Source: Macrostomum lignano (Eukaryota). Taken from it: 64,000 nucleotides of DNA. Position numbers and translations under genes: made by a program. The number at the start of each line of letters is the position of its first letter. Positions within the stretch are counted from its first letter, which is position 1. Positions 13,781 to 27,289 of this stretch are shown piece after piece. Under the pieces are notes generated by a model. It was not told the origin of the DNA and ran no database searches. It saw nothing but the letters and a program-made list of their open reading frames with translations. Where the stretch lies: contig NIVC01001634.1 of assembly GCA_002269645.1 (NCBI GenBank), positions 62,001-126,000 on the forward strand. The letters run 5' to 3'.

Positions 13781-13927
13781 GCAACCTTGGGAATCACTTG
13801 GCCATTTCTATTAGCAACACATACATGTAAGTCACTATTGGCTGAAAGCAGTGACTACTATTCTGTCCAATAGCAACTTACATGTGTGTGTTGCCAATAG
13901 AAACGGCTGAGTGAATACCAAGGTTGC
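13781..13927. mobile_element. Fold-back element (MITE-like or hairpin RNA) with arms of about 61 bp
   Basis: 13781-13841 is the imperfect reverse complement of 13867-13927 (GCAACCTTGG...CCAAGGTTGC). Confidence 0.65.
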
Positions 13928-14780
13928 ACCCAAGCATGCATAGGCCTAGCTGCATAATTATAAATCTTGAATTTTTGAGATCTTAAATTTAAAACCAAGA
14001 TTAAAATTAAGAATATTACTAAAATCTTGATGATCAAGAATAATCATCAAAAAAGAGAGAAATAAGAGAAGTTGGTATGAAAAATAATGTTTTTTAATTA
14101 TTAGTATTACTTACTTTATTTAAAACTAAAATTTATATGCAACAATTTCAACTAGACAAAGAGTTGGTTGGGCTAAGATGGTTCTAGCTTATAAGTAGGG
14201 ACATTGGATATTGGAATATGAATGATGGGATTAGCTGAGTAGGTGACAAGGAGCAATTCCAAATGGGCTATAGATTAAGGTGTATTCCACTTGAGACTAG
14301 CCGGGGAAAGGGTGCCTAGATTCTTAAATAGCACTCTTATAAGCCAATAGGAAGAATAGGGTTACCCCAGGTAAGAAGAGAGTTTAATATGCAAAATATT
14401 ACACTCTTTTTATCCTCTCTCCTTATCTCTTCTCAACTTCTATCTCTCTTCTCTTTTTTTCTTATCTCTAATCTCTTCCTCTTCTCTATCCCCTCTTATT
14501 TCTTCTCTCATTTGGTCTGTAGCAATCAACAGATTTTTATCTGGTCCTGTAGGTAAAAAAGGTTTGAAAGGGTAAAAATGGACCAAAGATATAACTAATA
14601 AAAGTTTCACCAATAGTCTTAAAGTGTGGTTAAAAGTCTAAAAAAAGCACTGGAGCACTGATTTCTAACAGTTAGCATAAATAATACTATATGAATCCAT
14701 GTAATCCATTTATGAGTCTAGACAGATATAAGTATAGTTTTTGCTAGACTTTCTACTCATAGTAGCTAAAATTAGTCAAG

Positions 14781-17700
14781 ATGAACCAATCGGCTAGTGA
14801 GGCGCATGCTCGCAGCGTTGAGCAGCAGCTGCTGGAGCAAATTAAACGATTCTTTAAACTATTTGGTCTTGTAACCGGCGTCTGGCTTATTGGCTATCTG
14901 GGCTTCAGTGTCACCTGGCTGGTAGTTGCTGTGCTGGCTTACATCATCACCAGTTACATTAAAGAGCAAAGGAAGGTGCGAACTAAGGCTTTCCAAGCAT
15001 TGGCAAGGTAAGAAGTCTTAGAGGCTCTTGTGTACCAGATCCTCAGTTTCTGGGCCAGCCTCCCAGATCCTCAGTTTCTGGGCCAACCTCCCAGATCCTC
15101 AGTTGCTGGGCCAGCCTCTCAGATCCTCAGTTGGTGGGCCAGCCTCCCAGATCTTCAGTTGCTGGGCCAACCTCCCAGATCCTCAGTTGCTGGGCCAGCC
15201 TTTCAGATCCTCAGTTGCTGGGCCAACCTCCCAGATCCTCAGTTGCTGGGCCAGCCTCCCAGATCCTCAGTTGCTAGGCCAGCCTCCCAGATCCCCAGTT
15301 GCTGGGTCAGCCTCCCAGATCCTCAGTTGGTGGGCCAGCCTCCCAGATCTTCAGTTGCTGGGCCAACCTCCCAGATCCTCAGTTGCTGGGCCAGCCTCTC
15401 AGATCCTCAGTTGCTGGGCCAACCTCCCAGATCCTCAGTTGCTGGGCCAGCCTCTCAGATCCTCAGTTGCTGGGCCAACCTCCCAGATCCTCAGTTGCTG
15501 GGCCAACCTCCCAGATCCTCAGTTGCTGGGCCAGCCTCCCAGATCCTCAGTCGTTGGGCCAGCCTCCCAGATTCTCAGTTGCTGGGTCAGCCTCCCAGAG
15601 TGTCAGTTGCTGGGTCAGCCTCCCAGAGTGTCAGTTGCTGGGTCAGCCTCCCAGATCTTCAGTTGCTGGGCCAGCCTCCCAGATCTTCAGTTGTTGGGCC
15701 AGCCTCCCAGATCCCCAGTTGCTGGGCCACAAGCCTCCCAAAGTGTCAGTTGCTGGGCCAGCCTCCCAGAGTGGCAGTTGCTGGGCCAGCCTCCCAGATC
15801 CTCAGTTGCTTGGCCAGATCCTCAGTTGCTGGGCCAGCCTCTCAGATCCTCAGTTGCTGGGCCAGCCTCCCAGATCCCCAGTTGCTGGGCCACAAGCCTC
15901 CCAAAGTGTCAGTTGCTGGGCCAGCCTCTCAGATCCTCAGTTGCTGGGCCAGCCTCCCAGATCCCCAGTTGCTGGGCCACAAGCCTCCCAAAGTGTCAGT
16001 TGCTGGGCCAGCCTCCCAGAGTGTCAGTTGCTGGGCCAGCCTCCCAGATCCTCAGTTGCTGGGCCAGCCCCCCAGATCCTCAGTTGCTGGGCCAGCCTCC
16101 CAGAGTGTCAGTTGCTGGGCCAGCCTCCCAGATCCTCAGTTGCTGGGCCACAAGCCTCCCAAAGTGTCAGTTGCTGGGCCAGCCTCCCAGAGTGTCAGTT
16201 GCTGGGCCAGCCTCCCAGATCCTCAGTTGCTGGGCCAGCCCCTCCCAGATCCCCAGTTGCTGGGCCCCCTATCCATCACTTACGCGGGTGTTGATTTATG
16301 ATGTAAAGAGTCCTTAAATAATGTTTTGTGTTGCTTTCTTCCCTCACCCAGAGACGAGCGCCAATTCCTGGCTAACGTGGAGAACCTGCCATCCTGGGTG
16401 TTCTTCCCGGATGTGGAGCGGGCCGAATGGCTGAACTCCATTATCAAGCAGGCCTGGCCATTCGTCAAGGATTACGCAGTGTCTATCATTGAGAAACAGA
16501 TCATGCCCGGGGTTAGGGACAACCTGCCTGGGGTGATTCAGGACTTACGATTTTCTAGACTGGATCTGGGCGATATTGCGCCACGTTTTGGCGGAGTCAA
16601 GGTTAGTGTTGAATTATTTTAATAATTCATTAATAAAGTAATCCAATATTTATCATGGTTATCAAATCGTCGTCATTTTTAATCCCATATATTTTGATAC
16701 CAACCTTAAATCCTATTATTCCAAGTCTACATGTATTGGCTGCCTCAAATCCCACTATTCCCAATACATTGCTTCAAATCCCCCATTATCCCAATCCACT
16801 GCCTTAAATCTTATTATCCGTAGTCCACTGCTTCAAATCCATTATCCCTAATCCACTACCTTAAATCCCCCATTATCCTAATCCACTGCCTCAAATCCCC
16901 TATTTCCCCCAATCCACTGCCTCAAACCGCCCATTATCCTCAATCTACTGTCTCAAACCGCCCATTATCCTCAATCTACTGCCTCAAACCGCCCATTATC
17001 CTCAATCCACTGCCTCAAACCGCCCATTATCCTCAATCTACTGCCTCAAATCCCCATTATCCTCAATCTACTGCCTCAAACCGCCCATTATCCTCAATCT
17101 ACTGCCTCAAACCGCCCATTATCCTCAATCTACTGCCTCAAATCCCCCATTATCCTCAATCTACTGCCTCAAACCGCCCATTATCCTCAATCAACTGCCT
17201 CAAATCCCCCATTATCCCCAATCCACTGCCTCAAATCCCCCATTATCCTCAAGTTACTGCCTCAAATCCCCCATTATCCCCAATCCACTGCCTCAAATCC
17301 CCTATTATCCTCAATCTACTGCCTCAAATCCCCCATTATCCCCAATCCACTGCCTCAAATCCCCTATTATCCTCAATCTACTGCCTCAAATCCCCCATTA
17401 TCCCCAATCCACTGCCTCAAATCCCCCATTATCCCCAATCCACTGCCTCAAATCCCATTATCCCCAACCCACTGCCTCAAATCCCATTATCCCCAATCTA
17501 ATCCTTAGAATTTGAATATCCCGTACTCAATAATGTGCTCTAATATCCCGGTGCCGCCTCAAACACATTAACCAGGTGTACACGGGCGACAACACTCGCC
17601 GTTCGGAAATAGTGATGGACATGGACTTAATCTACTATGGCGACGCTAAAATCGAAATGAAAACAAAAGGCATCAAAGCTGGCATCAAAAGTATCGAATT

Positions 17701-20700
17701 GCGCGGCATTCTCCGTGTCGTAATCTCGCCACTGATCCCTCGGATACCTATCGCCGCCTGCGTCACAGTCACGTTTCTGTCCGTGCCGTATTTGAACTTT
17801 GACCTGACCGATCTGGGAAACATACTGGACCTGCCAGGCTTGAGGCAGATGCTTGTCAAAGTGGTTTCCGATCAAATCTCTGCTCAGTTGGTTGTGCCTA
17901 ATAGGCTGTTGGTTCCTTTGGCTGGCGATGTGGACCTGACCGCTATGAAGTGGATCCTGCCGCAGGGGGTTCTTCGGTTTAAGGTGAAATATTTCGTTTC
18001 AAATCTACCTATATGCATCTGTTTGGGGATAATTTTCCCATGGATTTTAGTGTCAGAGTTTGGGATTATTATCCCATTGGATAATCCTATGTTTAGTTTC
18101 ATTGGGATTATTATCCCATCGGATAATCCTATGTATAGTTTTATGGGGATTATTATCCCATCGGATAATCCTATGTATAGTTTCATGGGGATTATTATCC
18201 CATTGGATAATCCTATGTATAGTTTTATGGGGATTATTATCCCATTGGATAATCCTATGTATAGTTTCATGGGGATTATTATCCTATCGGTTAATACTAT
18301 GTTGTGTAGTTTCATGGGGATTATTATCCCATCAGATAATCCTATGTATAGTTTCATGGGGATTATTATCCCATCGGATAATCCTATGTATAGTTTCATG
18401 GGGATTATTATCCCATCGGTTATCCCACTCCCAGCTGGTTAATGCTCCACCACCCATATGCAATGCAGGTAGTGGAGGCTCGAGACCTCAAACGCAGCGA
18501 CGTGGGCCTGATCAGGTCCGGCAAGTCCGATCCCTACGCCATAGTAACAGTCGGCTCGCAAAAGTACACAACCAAAGCGATTGCCAACTCGCTTAATCCC
18601 GTGTGGAACGCCGCATTCGAGGCCGCAGTCGATGTGCGACAGGGTCAGCTATTGGATATTGAACTGTTCGACGAGGATGCCGGATCTAAGGACGATGAGT
18701 TGGGATCTGCTAAAGTCGATCTGGGCAGCGTTGCTAGGGAAGGCGTTCTAGATACCTGGCTGAAACTGGATGATGTGGACACTGGCTCGGTTAGGCTGCG
18801 GATGAGCTGGGCCAACCTGATGGACACGGCCTTGTTTCAGGTGGGCGCTGAGTCTGTTGAGATCGGTGTGGGAGGCTGGGATCAGGTTAAGGTGACTGGG
18901 ATGTGATGTAGGGAAGGGAGGCTGAGATGTGATGTAGAGAAGGGAGGCTGAGATGAGATGTAGAGAAGGGAGGCTGAGATGAGATGTAGAGAAGGGAGGC
19001 TGAGATGAGATGTTGGGAAGGGAGGCTGATATGAGATGTTGGGAAGGGAGGCTGATATGAGATGTTGGGAAGGGAGGCTGAGATGAGATGTAGGGAAGGG
19101 AGGCTGAGATGAGATGTAGGGAAGGGAGGCTGAGATGAGATGTTGGGAAGGGAGGCTGAGATGAGATGTAGGGAAGGGAGGCTGAGATAAGATGTAGGGA
19201 AGGGAGGCTGAGATGAGATGTAGGGAAGGGAGGCTGAGATGAGATGTTGGGAAGGGAGGCTGATATGAGATGTTGGGAAGAGAGGCTGAGATATATTGAG
19301 AGAAGACTAAGAAAAGATGTAGGGAGATCGGAACATAGAGTATAAAGAGATTAAGATCTTAAGGTCTTAAGGTTCAGTCTTGATAAATAGTCATGAACTC
19401 CTTTTAATAACCGGTTGCCAGGCGCCCAGCACACGAGGCAGCGGTGGCGGCGAGTTCAGCCGGGCCTTCCTGTACGTCGGCGTTGACTGCTGCCGCTCTC
19501 TGCCCACGGTGAAGTGCGGCCAGGAGCCTTCAGCTCTGGTAAGTACAGCTAATTCCCCTGACTGAGTCTGGCACAGGTGTGCGTGTCATCGAACCACCCC
19601 CTGTTCCTATGTACATATAAGGGAATCCCACCACTAGGCGCTCGCAATGTACACATAGTTAATCCCACCCTCAACAATGTACACATGGAGAATCCCACCC
19701 TCAACAATGTACACATGGAGAATCCCACCCTCCAAAATGTACACATGGGAATCCCACCCTCCAAAATGTACACATGGGGAATCCCAAATCCCACGCTCCA
19801 CAGTTTATACATGGGGAATCCCACTCCCCAAAATTTACACATTGGGAATCCCACCCTCCGCAATGTACACATGGGAAATCTCGCCCTCTAATGTACTGAT
19901 TGGGAATCTCACCTCCAACCTACACAAAAAAACACGTATTGTCTCGCATATTAGCAAACTATAAGTTTAATTATCAAGCCCTATTAAATACACTACGAAG
20001 GCCAGAGAGTGGACAGCCTAATTTGTTGATCCCCTAATCTATACATAATTGCTGCTAAAACCTCCAGGTGGAAATTAGCGTGACGGGCGGAGGCGGGGGC
20101 AGTGGCAGCAGCTCAACCGACGCGCAGCGCACCGCCACTTTTGAGGACTCGCCAAATCCGATATTCGAAGCGCCGTTTCATTTTTTTGTATCCGAGCCTT
20201 CTATTGCAAGCGTACAGCTGACCGTTCTGCACAGAGGTCGGCGGCGCCTTGGGCAGGTGCAAATACCGCTGCGCTTCCTGCTGCAGGAGGCCAACATGCA
20301 GCTGCATAGGGCCTGGGATCTCAATACTGACAGTGGGACGCAGTCTCAGGTGAGAAGATAGTGCTCTATCTTTAGTGCAGTTTTTTATGCCCTATTTATG
20401 CCGTTTTTTAATTTGAGTAGTGCCATTTTGTGTCTGAGTAGTGCCATTTTGTGTCTGAGTAGTGCCATTTTGTGTCTGAGTAGTGCCATTTTGTGTCTGA
20501 GTAGTGCCATTTTGTATCTGAGTAGTGCCATTTTGTGTCTGAGTAGTGCCATTTTGTGTCTGAGTAGTGCCATTTTGTGTCTGAGTAGTGCCGTTTTGTG
20601 TCTGAGTAGTGCCATTTTTATTTAAATAGTACCATTTTGAGTCTGAGTAGTGCCATTTTTATTTAAATAGTACCATTTTGAGTCTGAGTAGTGCCATTTT

Positions 20701-23206
20701 TATTTAAATAGTACCATTTTGAGTCTGAGTAGTGCCATTGTGCGACCTGAATAGTGCCATTTTTAGTCTGAGTAGTGCCATTGTGTGACCTAAATAGTGC
20801 CATTTTGAGTCTGAGTAGTGCCATTGTGTGTCCTGAATAGTGCCATTTTGAGTCTGAGTAGTGCCATTGTGTGTCCTGAATAGTGCCATTTTGAGTCTGA
20901 GTAGTGCCATTGTGTGTCCTGAATAGTGCCATTTTGAGTCTGAGTAGTGCCATTTTGTGTCTGAGTAGTGCCATTTTGTGTCTGAGGAGTGCCATTTTGT
21001 GTCTGAGTAGTGCCATTTTGTGTCTGAGTAGTGCCATTTTGTGTCTGAGTAGTGCCATTTTGTGTCTGAGTAGTGCCATTTTGTGTCTGAGTAGTGCCAT
21101 TTTGTGTCTAAGTAGTGCCATTTTGTGCCTTAGTGGTGGTTCCATTTTGTGTCTGAGTAGTGCCATTTGTATTTAAATAGTACCATTTTGAGTCTGAGTA
21201 GTGCCATTTTTATTTAAATAGTACCATTTTGAGTCTGAGTAGTGCCATTTTTATTTAAATAGTACCATTTTGAGTCTGAGTAGTGCCATTTTTATTTAAA
21301 TAGTACCATTTTGAGTCTGAGTAGTGCCATTGTGCGACCTGAATAGTGCCATTTTTAGTCTGAGTAGTGCCATTGTGTGACCTAAATAGTGCCATTTTGA
21401 GTCTGAGTAGTGCCATTGTGTGTCCTGAATAGTGCCATTTTGAGTCTGAGTAGTGCCATTTTGTGTCTGAGTAGTGCCATTTTGTGTCTGAGTAGTGCCA
21501 TTTTGTGTCTGAGTAGTGCCATTTTGTTTCTGAGTAGTGCCATTTTGTGTCTGAGTAGTGCCATTTTGTGTCTGAGTAGTGCCATTTTGTGTCTGAGTAG
21601 TGCCATTTTGGGTCTAAGTAGTGCCATTTTGTGCCTTAGTGGTGGTTCCATTTTGTGTCTGAGTAGTGCCATTTGTATTTAAATAGTACCATTTTGAGTC
21701 TGAGTAGTGCCATTTTTATTTAAATAGTACCATTTTGAGTCTGAGTAGTGCCATTTTTATTTAAATAGTACCATTTTGAGTCTGAGTAGTGCCATTGTGT
21801 GTCCTGAATAGTGCCATTTTGAGTCTGAGTAGTGCCATTGTGTGTCCTGAATAGTGCCATTTTGAGTCTGAGTAGTGCCATTGTGTGTCCTAAATAGTGC
21901 CCATTTTGAGTCTGAGTAGTGCCATTGTGTGTCCTGAATAGTGCCCATTTTGAGTCTGAGTAGTGCCATTTTGTGTCTGAGTAGTGCCATTTTGTGTCTG
22001 AGTAGTGCCATTTTGTGTCTGAGTAGTGCCATTTTGAGTCTGAGTAGTGCCATTGTGTGTCCTGAATAGTGCCATTTTGAGTCTGAGTAGTGCCATTGTG
22101 TCCTGAATAGTGCCGTTTTGTGTCTGAGTAGTGCCATTTTGAGTCTGAGTAGTGCCATTGTGTGTCCTGAATAGTGCCATTTTGAGTCTGAGTAGTGCCA
22201 TTGTGTGTCCTGAATAGTGCCATTTTGAGTCTGAGTAGTGCAATTGTGTGTCCTGAATAGTGCCATTTTGAGTCTGAGTAGTGCCATTGTGTCCTGAATA
22301 GTGCCCATTTTGAGTCTGAGTAGTGCCATTGTGAGTCTGAGTAGTGCCATTGTGTGTCCTGAATAGTGCCATTTTAAGTCTGAGTAGTGCCATTTGTATT
22401 GAAAAGTGCCATTGTCATTCTGTTTACTTCATGTCAGAATGCTTCCATTCCGAATCCTCCAGAAACGTTTTTTGCCTATGAAAATTAGCTCAGTTTTTTA
22501 TAAATCTTCATATAAAAATCACCCCCACCCCCAGATCGTCCTGTTCCTGGCCCTTCGCGCCATTGTTGAAGGCCAATACGAAGCTCCAGCCGAAATTCCC
22601 GTTAAAACGATACCTGCAGCTGAGGCAGCCGAACCAGCTCAGGCTGAAGCTCAAGATGAACCCGAGGCCGCTAATACAATTTCAACCAACTCGGACAGCG
22701 ATGGTGTCCGGCAGCGAAAAAATGCACCCGCCGCCGCACCCGCCGCCGCACCCGCCGCCGCAACCGCCGCCGCACCATCTCAGCAGGGCAGAGTGCAGCT
22801 TACCATCCGCTACAGCCAGCCGCGCCAATGCCTTGTAGTGGTGTGCCACCAAGCCGACTTGCCCATAGCAACCGTTGCTACGGACGACTCGAGCTTGGAT
22901 CCGTACGCTAAGCTCTACATCAAATCCGACAGTCGAGGCGCTGTGTCTTCAAAGAAGCAGAAGACTAAGACGATGAAAGCTACTAGGAACCCAGTTTATG
23001 ACGAGTCTTTCGAATTCTCCCTGCCAGAGTCCGACTTATCCAGCAGCTCGCTCTGCGTGGCTTTGATGAAGCAGTGCGGCAAACTGATTGGCGGCAAGAA
23101 CCATCAGATTGGCTTGGCCAGCATTGCACTGGCAGATTTGGAGCAGAATGCCGCTACTGTTTGGTACGATTTGAAGACGGCTGCTGGGATGGCTGGCGAC
23201 GAGTGA
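14781..23206 (+). CDS. ESYT2: Extended synaptotagmin (TM hairpin, SMP, C2A, C2B, C2C; E-Syt2-like), 775 aa. Exons 14781-15007, 16352-16601, 17576-17983, 18469-18840, 19422-19538, 20068-20349, 22535-23206
   Basis: SMP signature LPSWVFFPDVERAEWLNSIIKQAWP. C2A motifs GKSDPYA and IELFDED...KDDELG. C-terminal C2C with NPVYDESFEF. All six introns are GT-AG with matching phases, and the total of 2328 nt is divisible by 3. Confidence 0.93.
15033..16268. repeat. 28-bp minisatellite (CAGTTGCTGGGCCAGCCTCCCAGATCCT) filling E-Syt intron 1
   Basis: Direct periodicity between donor 15008 and acceptor 16351. Confidence 0.97.
16740..17500. repeat. 31-bp minisatellite (CCACTGCCTCAAATCCCCCATTATCCCCAAT) in E-Syt intron 2
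   Basis: Direct periodicity. Confidence 0.95.
18055..18425. repeat. 42-bp minisatellite in E-Syt intron 3
   Basis: The translation repeats GIIIPSDNPMYSFM (14 aa). Confidence 0.95.
18900..19292. repeat. 26-bp minisatellite (GATGTAGGGAAGGGAGGCTGAGATGA) in E-Syt intron 4
   Basis: Direct periodicity. Confidence 0.95.
19625..19915. repeat. AATGTACAC-core minisatellite of about 30 bp in E-Syt intron 5
   Basis: Repeated AATGTACACATGG...AATCCCACCCTC. Confidence 0.88.
20411..22395. repeat. 21-bp minisatellite (TGAGTAGTGCCATTTTGTGTC) with higher-order variants in E-Syt intron 6
   Basis: Direct periodicity over about 2 kb. Confidence 0.97.
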
Positions 23207-23299
23207 CTGATTGATTGACAAGTGGTTTCTGGACTCTCGGTATTTCACACCTTTGCTATGCAGGTGCTTTGTTTTTTTAGATTTGTTTTGTTTTCTCAT

Positions 23300-24005
23300 T
23301 GGGGTTGGGGATTTGAGCAATCTCTTATTGGGATTTGGGATTTGAGCATCTCTTATGGGGATTTGGGTTTTGAGCATCTCTTATGGGGATTTGGGATTTG
23401 AGCATCTCTTATGGAGATTTGGGATTTGAGCATCTCTTATGGAGATTTGGGATTTGAGCATCTCTTATGGGGATTTGGTATGTGAGCATCTCTTATGGGG
23501 ATTTGGGATTTGAGCATCTCTTATGGGGATTTGGGATTTGAGCATCTCTTATGGGGATTTGGGATTTGAGCATCTCTTATGGGGATTTGGGATTTGAGCA
23601 TCTCTTATGGGGATTTGGGATTTGAGCATCTCTTATGGGGATTTGGGATTTGAGCATCTCTTATGGGGATTTTGGGAATTTAAGCTATTTCTTGAGGAGA
23701 TTTTGGATGTGAGCGATCTCTTGTGGGGATTTGAGCAATCTCTTGTGAGAATTTGAGCAATCTCTTGTGAGAATTTGAGCAATCTCTTGTGAGGATTTGA
23801 GCAAGCTCTTATTGGGATTTGGAATTTGAGCAATCTGTCATGGGGATTTGGAATTTGAGCAATCTGTCATGGGGATTTGGAATTTGAGCAATCTGTCATG
23901 GGGATTTGGAATTTGATCAATCTGTCATGGGGATTTATAATTTAAGCAATCTTCCGTAGAGATTTTGGGGATTTAAGCGATCTCTTTTGGGGGATTTGAG
24001 ATTTG
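23300..24005. repeat. 28-bp minisatellite (GGGATTTGAGCATCTCTTATGGGGATTT) downstream of the E-Syt stop
   Basis: Direct periodicity. Confidence 0.95.
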
Positions 24006-24859
24006 ATCTATGTCTTTTAATCCTATTTCTATCTAAGTTTGTCTCTCTTATTTATTAAAACAGATTATTAAACATTTTGAATCAATTTCCATTAGTGTAA
24101 ATTAACCCATTATTTGCCAATTCCTATCATTTTTTATTATTGACGTTTTTATATGTTCTGTGCTTTGTTTTTCATGCTGATGACAATAGAGATTTATGTA
24201 TCTATTTCTGTCTAAACTACTGTACAAACAGCTAATATATTTTAACTATTTATTATTTTTTTTTCAAGTCGAGTTTTGTTTCGTAAAGAAGATCATCAGT
24301 GGCTTTAATTGCTGTTATTCGTAGCCAAATTTTATCTTTAAAACCAGTTTTTAAAAATTATATTCTACTTTTTGTTCCTCTTATCCATCTGCAGCTTGCC
24401 TTGCCTTGAAAGATTAATAAATGATTTTTCTATTTTATCTATCTCTGTACAATTTGATATAGTTGTGTACTCAAGTTATTTTGTTTTGGTGTGCCGAATA
24501 TTTCTATATCAATATTGCTGGCCAAATAAGTTCAATCAGACAGACTGCTCTCCAGCTGTTTCTGTTCCCTTTTTGTATCTCCTTTTTATTGTTACTTTTT
24601 CTAGTAGTCCTTTTTCTAAATTTAGACTGGCTTCTATTAGCTTCTGCTGGCACTGCTTTTTGCTGCTGTCTTTTGTGTGAAGCAATTTTACTCTCTCTCG
24701 CTAATGAGCACTGTAGTTCACTGTGAACTATTCAATTTAATTGGGTCAGCGTGTTGCCTTGGCTTTTTTATTCTATTGGCATTCGAGTACTGCTTGTTGG
24801 CTTTGTTGCTTATTGACTTTTTAGCTGGCTGGATAAGATTGAGTAAGTGGTATAGGGAT

Positions 24860-25640
<781 letters not shown>

Positions 25641-25754
25641 AGAATTCCAATGTCCTGAAGTCCAAATAGGGTATAGAATTCTCACTTGTCATCAGAATTT
25701 TATTATCTCTAGATCTACTAGTACTAAAAAAATCAGCTCTCTGATTGCTTCCAG

Positions 25755-26246
25755 GAGCAGCAAGAGCAGCAGCGGCAGCAGTCGGACCCGAGCTACGCCG
25801 AGCGCCTCGGCCGCATCGAGCTGACCCTCCGCTACAGCCCGGCCCGGCAGAGCCTGGTGCTGGCCTGCCACCGGGTGCAGCTGCTGCCGCAGCCAGCGGG
25901 CCCCACCGTAGACGCAAATCTCTGCAATCCCTACGTAAAATTCTCCATAGAAACAGCGGCATCTTCTGCTTATGCTAATCAGCAATCCAAGAAGCAGAGC
26001 AAGCGCACCGGTACAGCGCGCTCCACTCTCACGCCTGTGTTCGATGAGTCGTTTGATTTTCAAGTGAACGAAATTGAATTGTCTTATCGTTACCTGCGGG
26101 TTCGAGTGCTGCATAGGAAACCGAAGAGCAAGAGCATTCTGCCTGGCCCGGCGGCGCGTCTTAGTCGGGGCGTGTTGCTGGGCTCGGCTCGAATCTCTCT
26201 GGCTGATTTTGAGCACAACTCCACTGCTTGGTACGAGTTAGGGTGA
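25755..26246 (+). CDS. Extra exon encoding a paralogous E-Syt C2C-type domain with no in-frame Met (alternative last exon, or 3' exon of a small TM-C2 gene)
   Basis: Acceptor TTCCAG at 25754. The frame reads EQQEQQRQQSDPSYAERLGRIELTLRYSPARQSLVLACH...NPYVK...TPVFDESFDF...LGSARISLADFEHNSTAWYELG*, collinear with the exon-7 C2C (GRVQLTIRYSQPRQCLVVVCH...NPVYDESFEF...IGLASIALADLEQNAATVWYDL). AATAAA at 26305. Confidence 0.75.
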   Translation, partial: EQQEQQRQQSDPSYAERLGRIELTLRYSPARQSLVLACHRVQLLPQPAGPTVDANLCNPYVKFSIETAASSAYANQQSKKQSKRTGTARSTLTPVFDESFDFQVNEIELSYRYLRVRVLHRKPKSKSILPGPAARLSRGVLLGSARISLADFEHNSTAWYELG

Positions 26247-26365
26247 CAGCGTGTACTTTTAATTGGCTTTTGAAGTAAACGGTTTTTTAACATGATTTAA
26301 AAAAAATAAAGTTGTGCAATAAATTATGCTGCAATCAGTTCATTAATTAATCAATCAGTTACTTT

Positions 26366-26930
26366 TTGGCGCCTCCCACACCCCATATTTGGCGCCTCTC
26401 AATCCCCCTATTCGGCGCCTCTCACACCCCCATATTTGGCGCCTCTCACATCACTATTTTTGGTGCCTCTCACACCCCCTTTTTGGTGCCTCTCAATCCC
26501 TCTATTCGGCGCCTCTCACTCCCCCATATTTGGCGCCTCTCACACCCCCTATTTGGTGCCTCTCACACCGCCCTATTCGGCGCCTCTCACACTTCCTATT
26601 TGGTGTCTTTCACACCCTCTATTTGGCGGCTCTCCCATCTCCCTATTCGGCGCCTCTCATTCCCTATTTGGTGTCTTTCACACTCTCCATTTGGCGCCTC
26701 TCACACCCCTTATTTGGCGCCTCACACCCCCATATTTGGCGCCTCTCACACCCCCTATTTGGTGCCTCTCACACCCCATATTTGGCGTCTCTCACACTTC
26801 CTTTTTGGTGTCTTTCATACCCTCTATTCGGCGCCTCTCACACCCTCTATTCGGCGCCTCTCACACCCCTCTATTCGGCGCCTCTCACACCCCATATTTG
26901 GCGCCTCCCACGGCCTTTTTGGCGCTTCTC
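26366..26930. repeat. GGCGCC-core minisatellite of about 22-25 bp (TATTTGGCGCCTCTCACACCCC)
   Basis: Direct periodicity. Confidence 0.93.
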
Positions 26931-27289
26931 ACCACCTTTTTGTTGGCTCTAAAATCCATTCGATTCCCTTGTAGCGGAGTTCCTCTTCATCACTACTTCG
27001 CAAACTTCTTCAGGTGCTGTGATTTTAATAATAAATCAATTTTTTTTGTTTATTTTAGTGCGTATTTTACGGTATGTGCTGCGAAATACTAACTTTACTA
27101 GTCTGCAGAGATCTTTGTTTTGCAATATATGATCCAACGAATAAATGCTTTTGTCTTACTATTTAACAGTACTAAAGTTCGAGTTAGTTTGAGTTCTTTA
27201 AATAATTGTTTTTTTAAGTAACTCGTATGTAATTACTCAAGATTTTTGCAGAATTTTGACGCTCGTAGCTACTCATTAATAATAATTGA

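Noticed and set aside
15028-16317. Three overlapping ORFs of 331-429 aa
   Set aside because: They lie within E-Syt intron 1, which has canonical phase-matched splice sites; the content is a 28-bp repeat.
20385-22393. MALLRHK / LSSAILC repeat ORFs
   Set aside because: 21-bp minisatellite in E-Syt intron 6.
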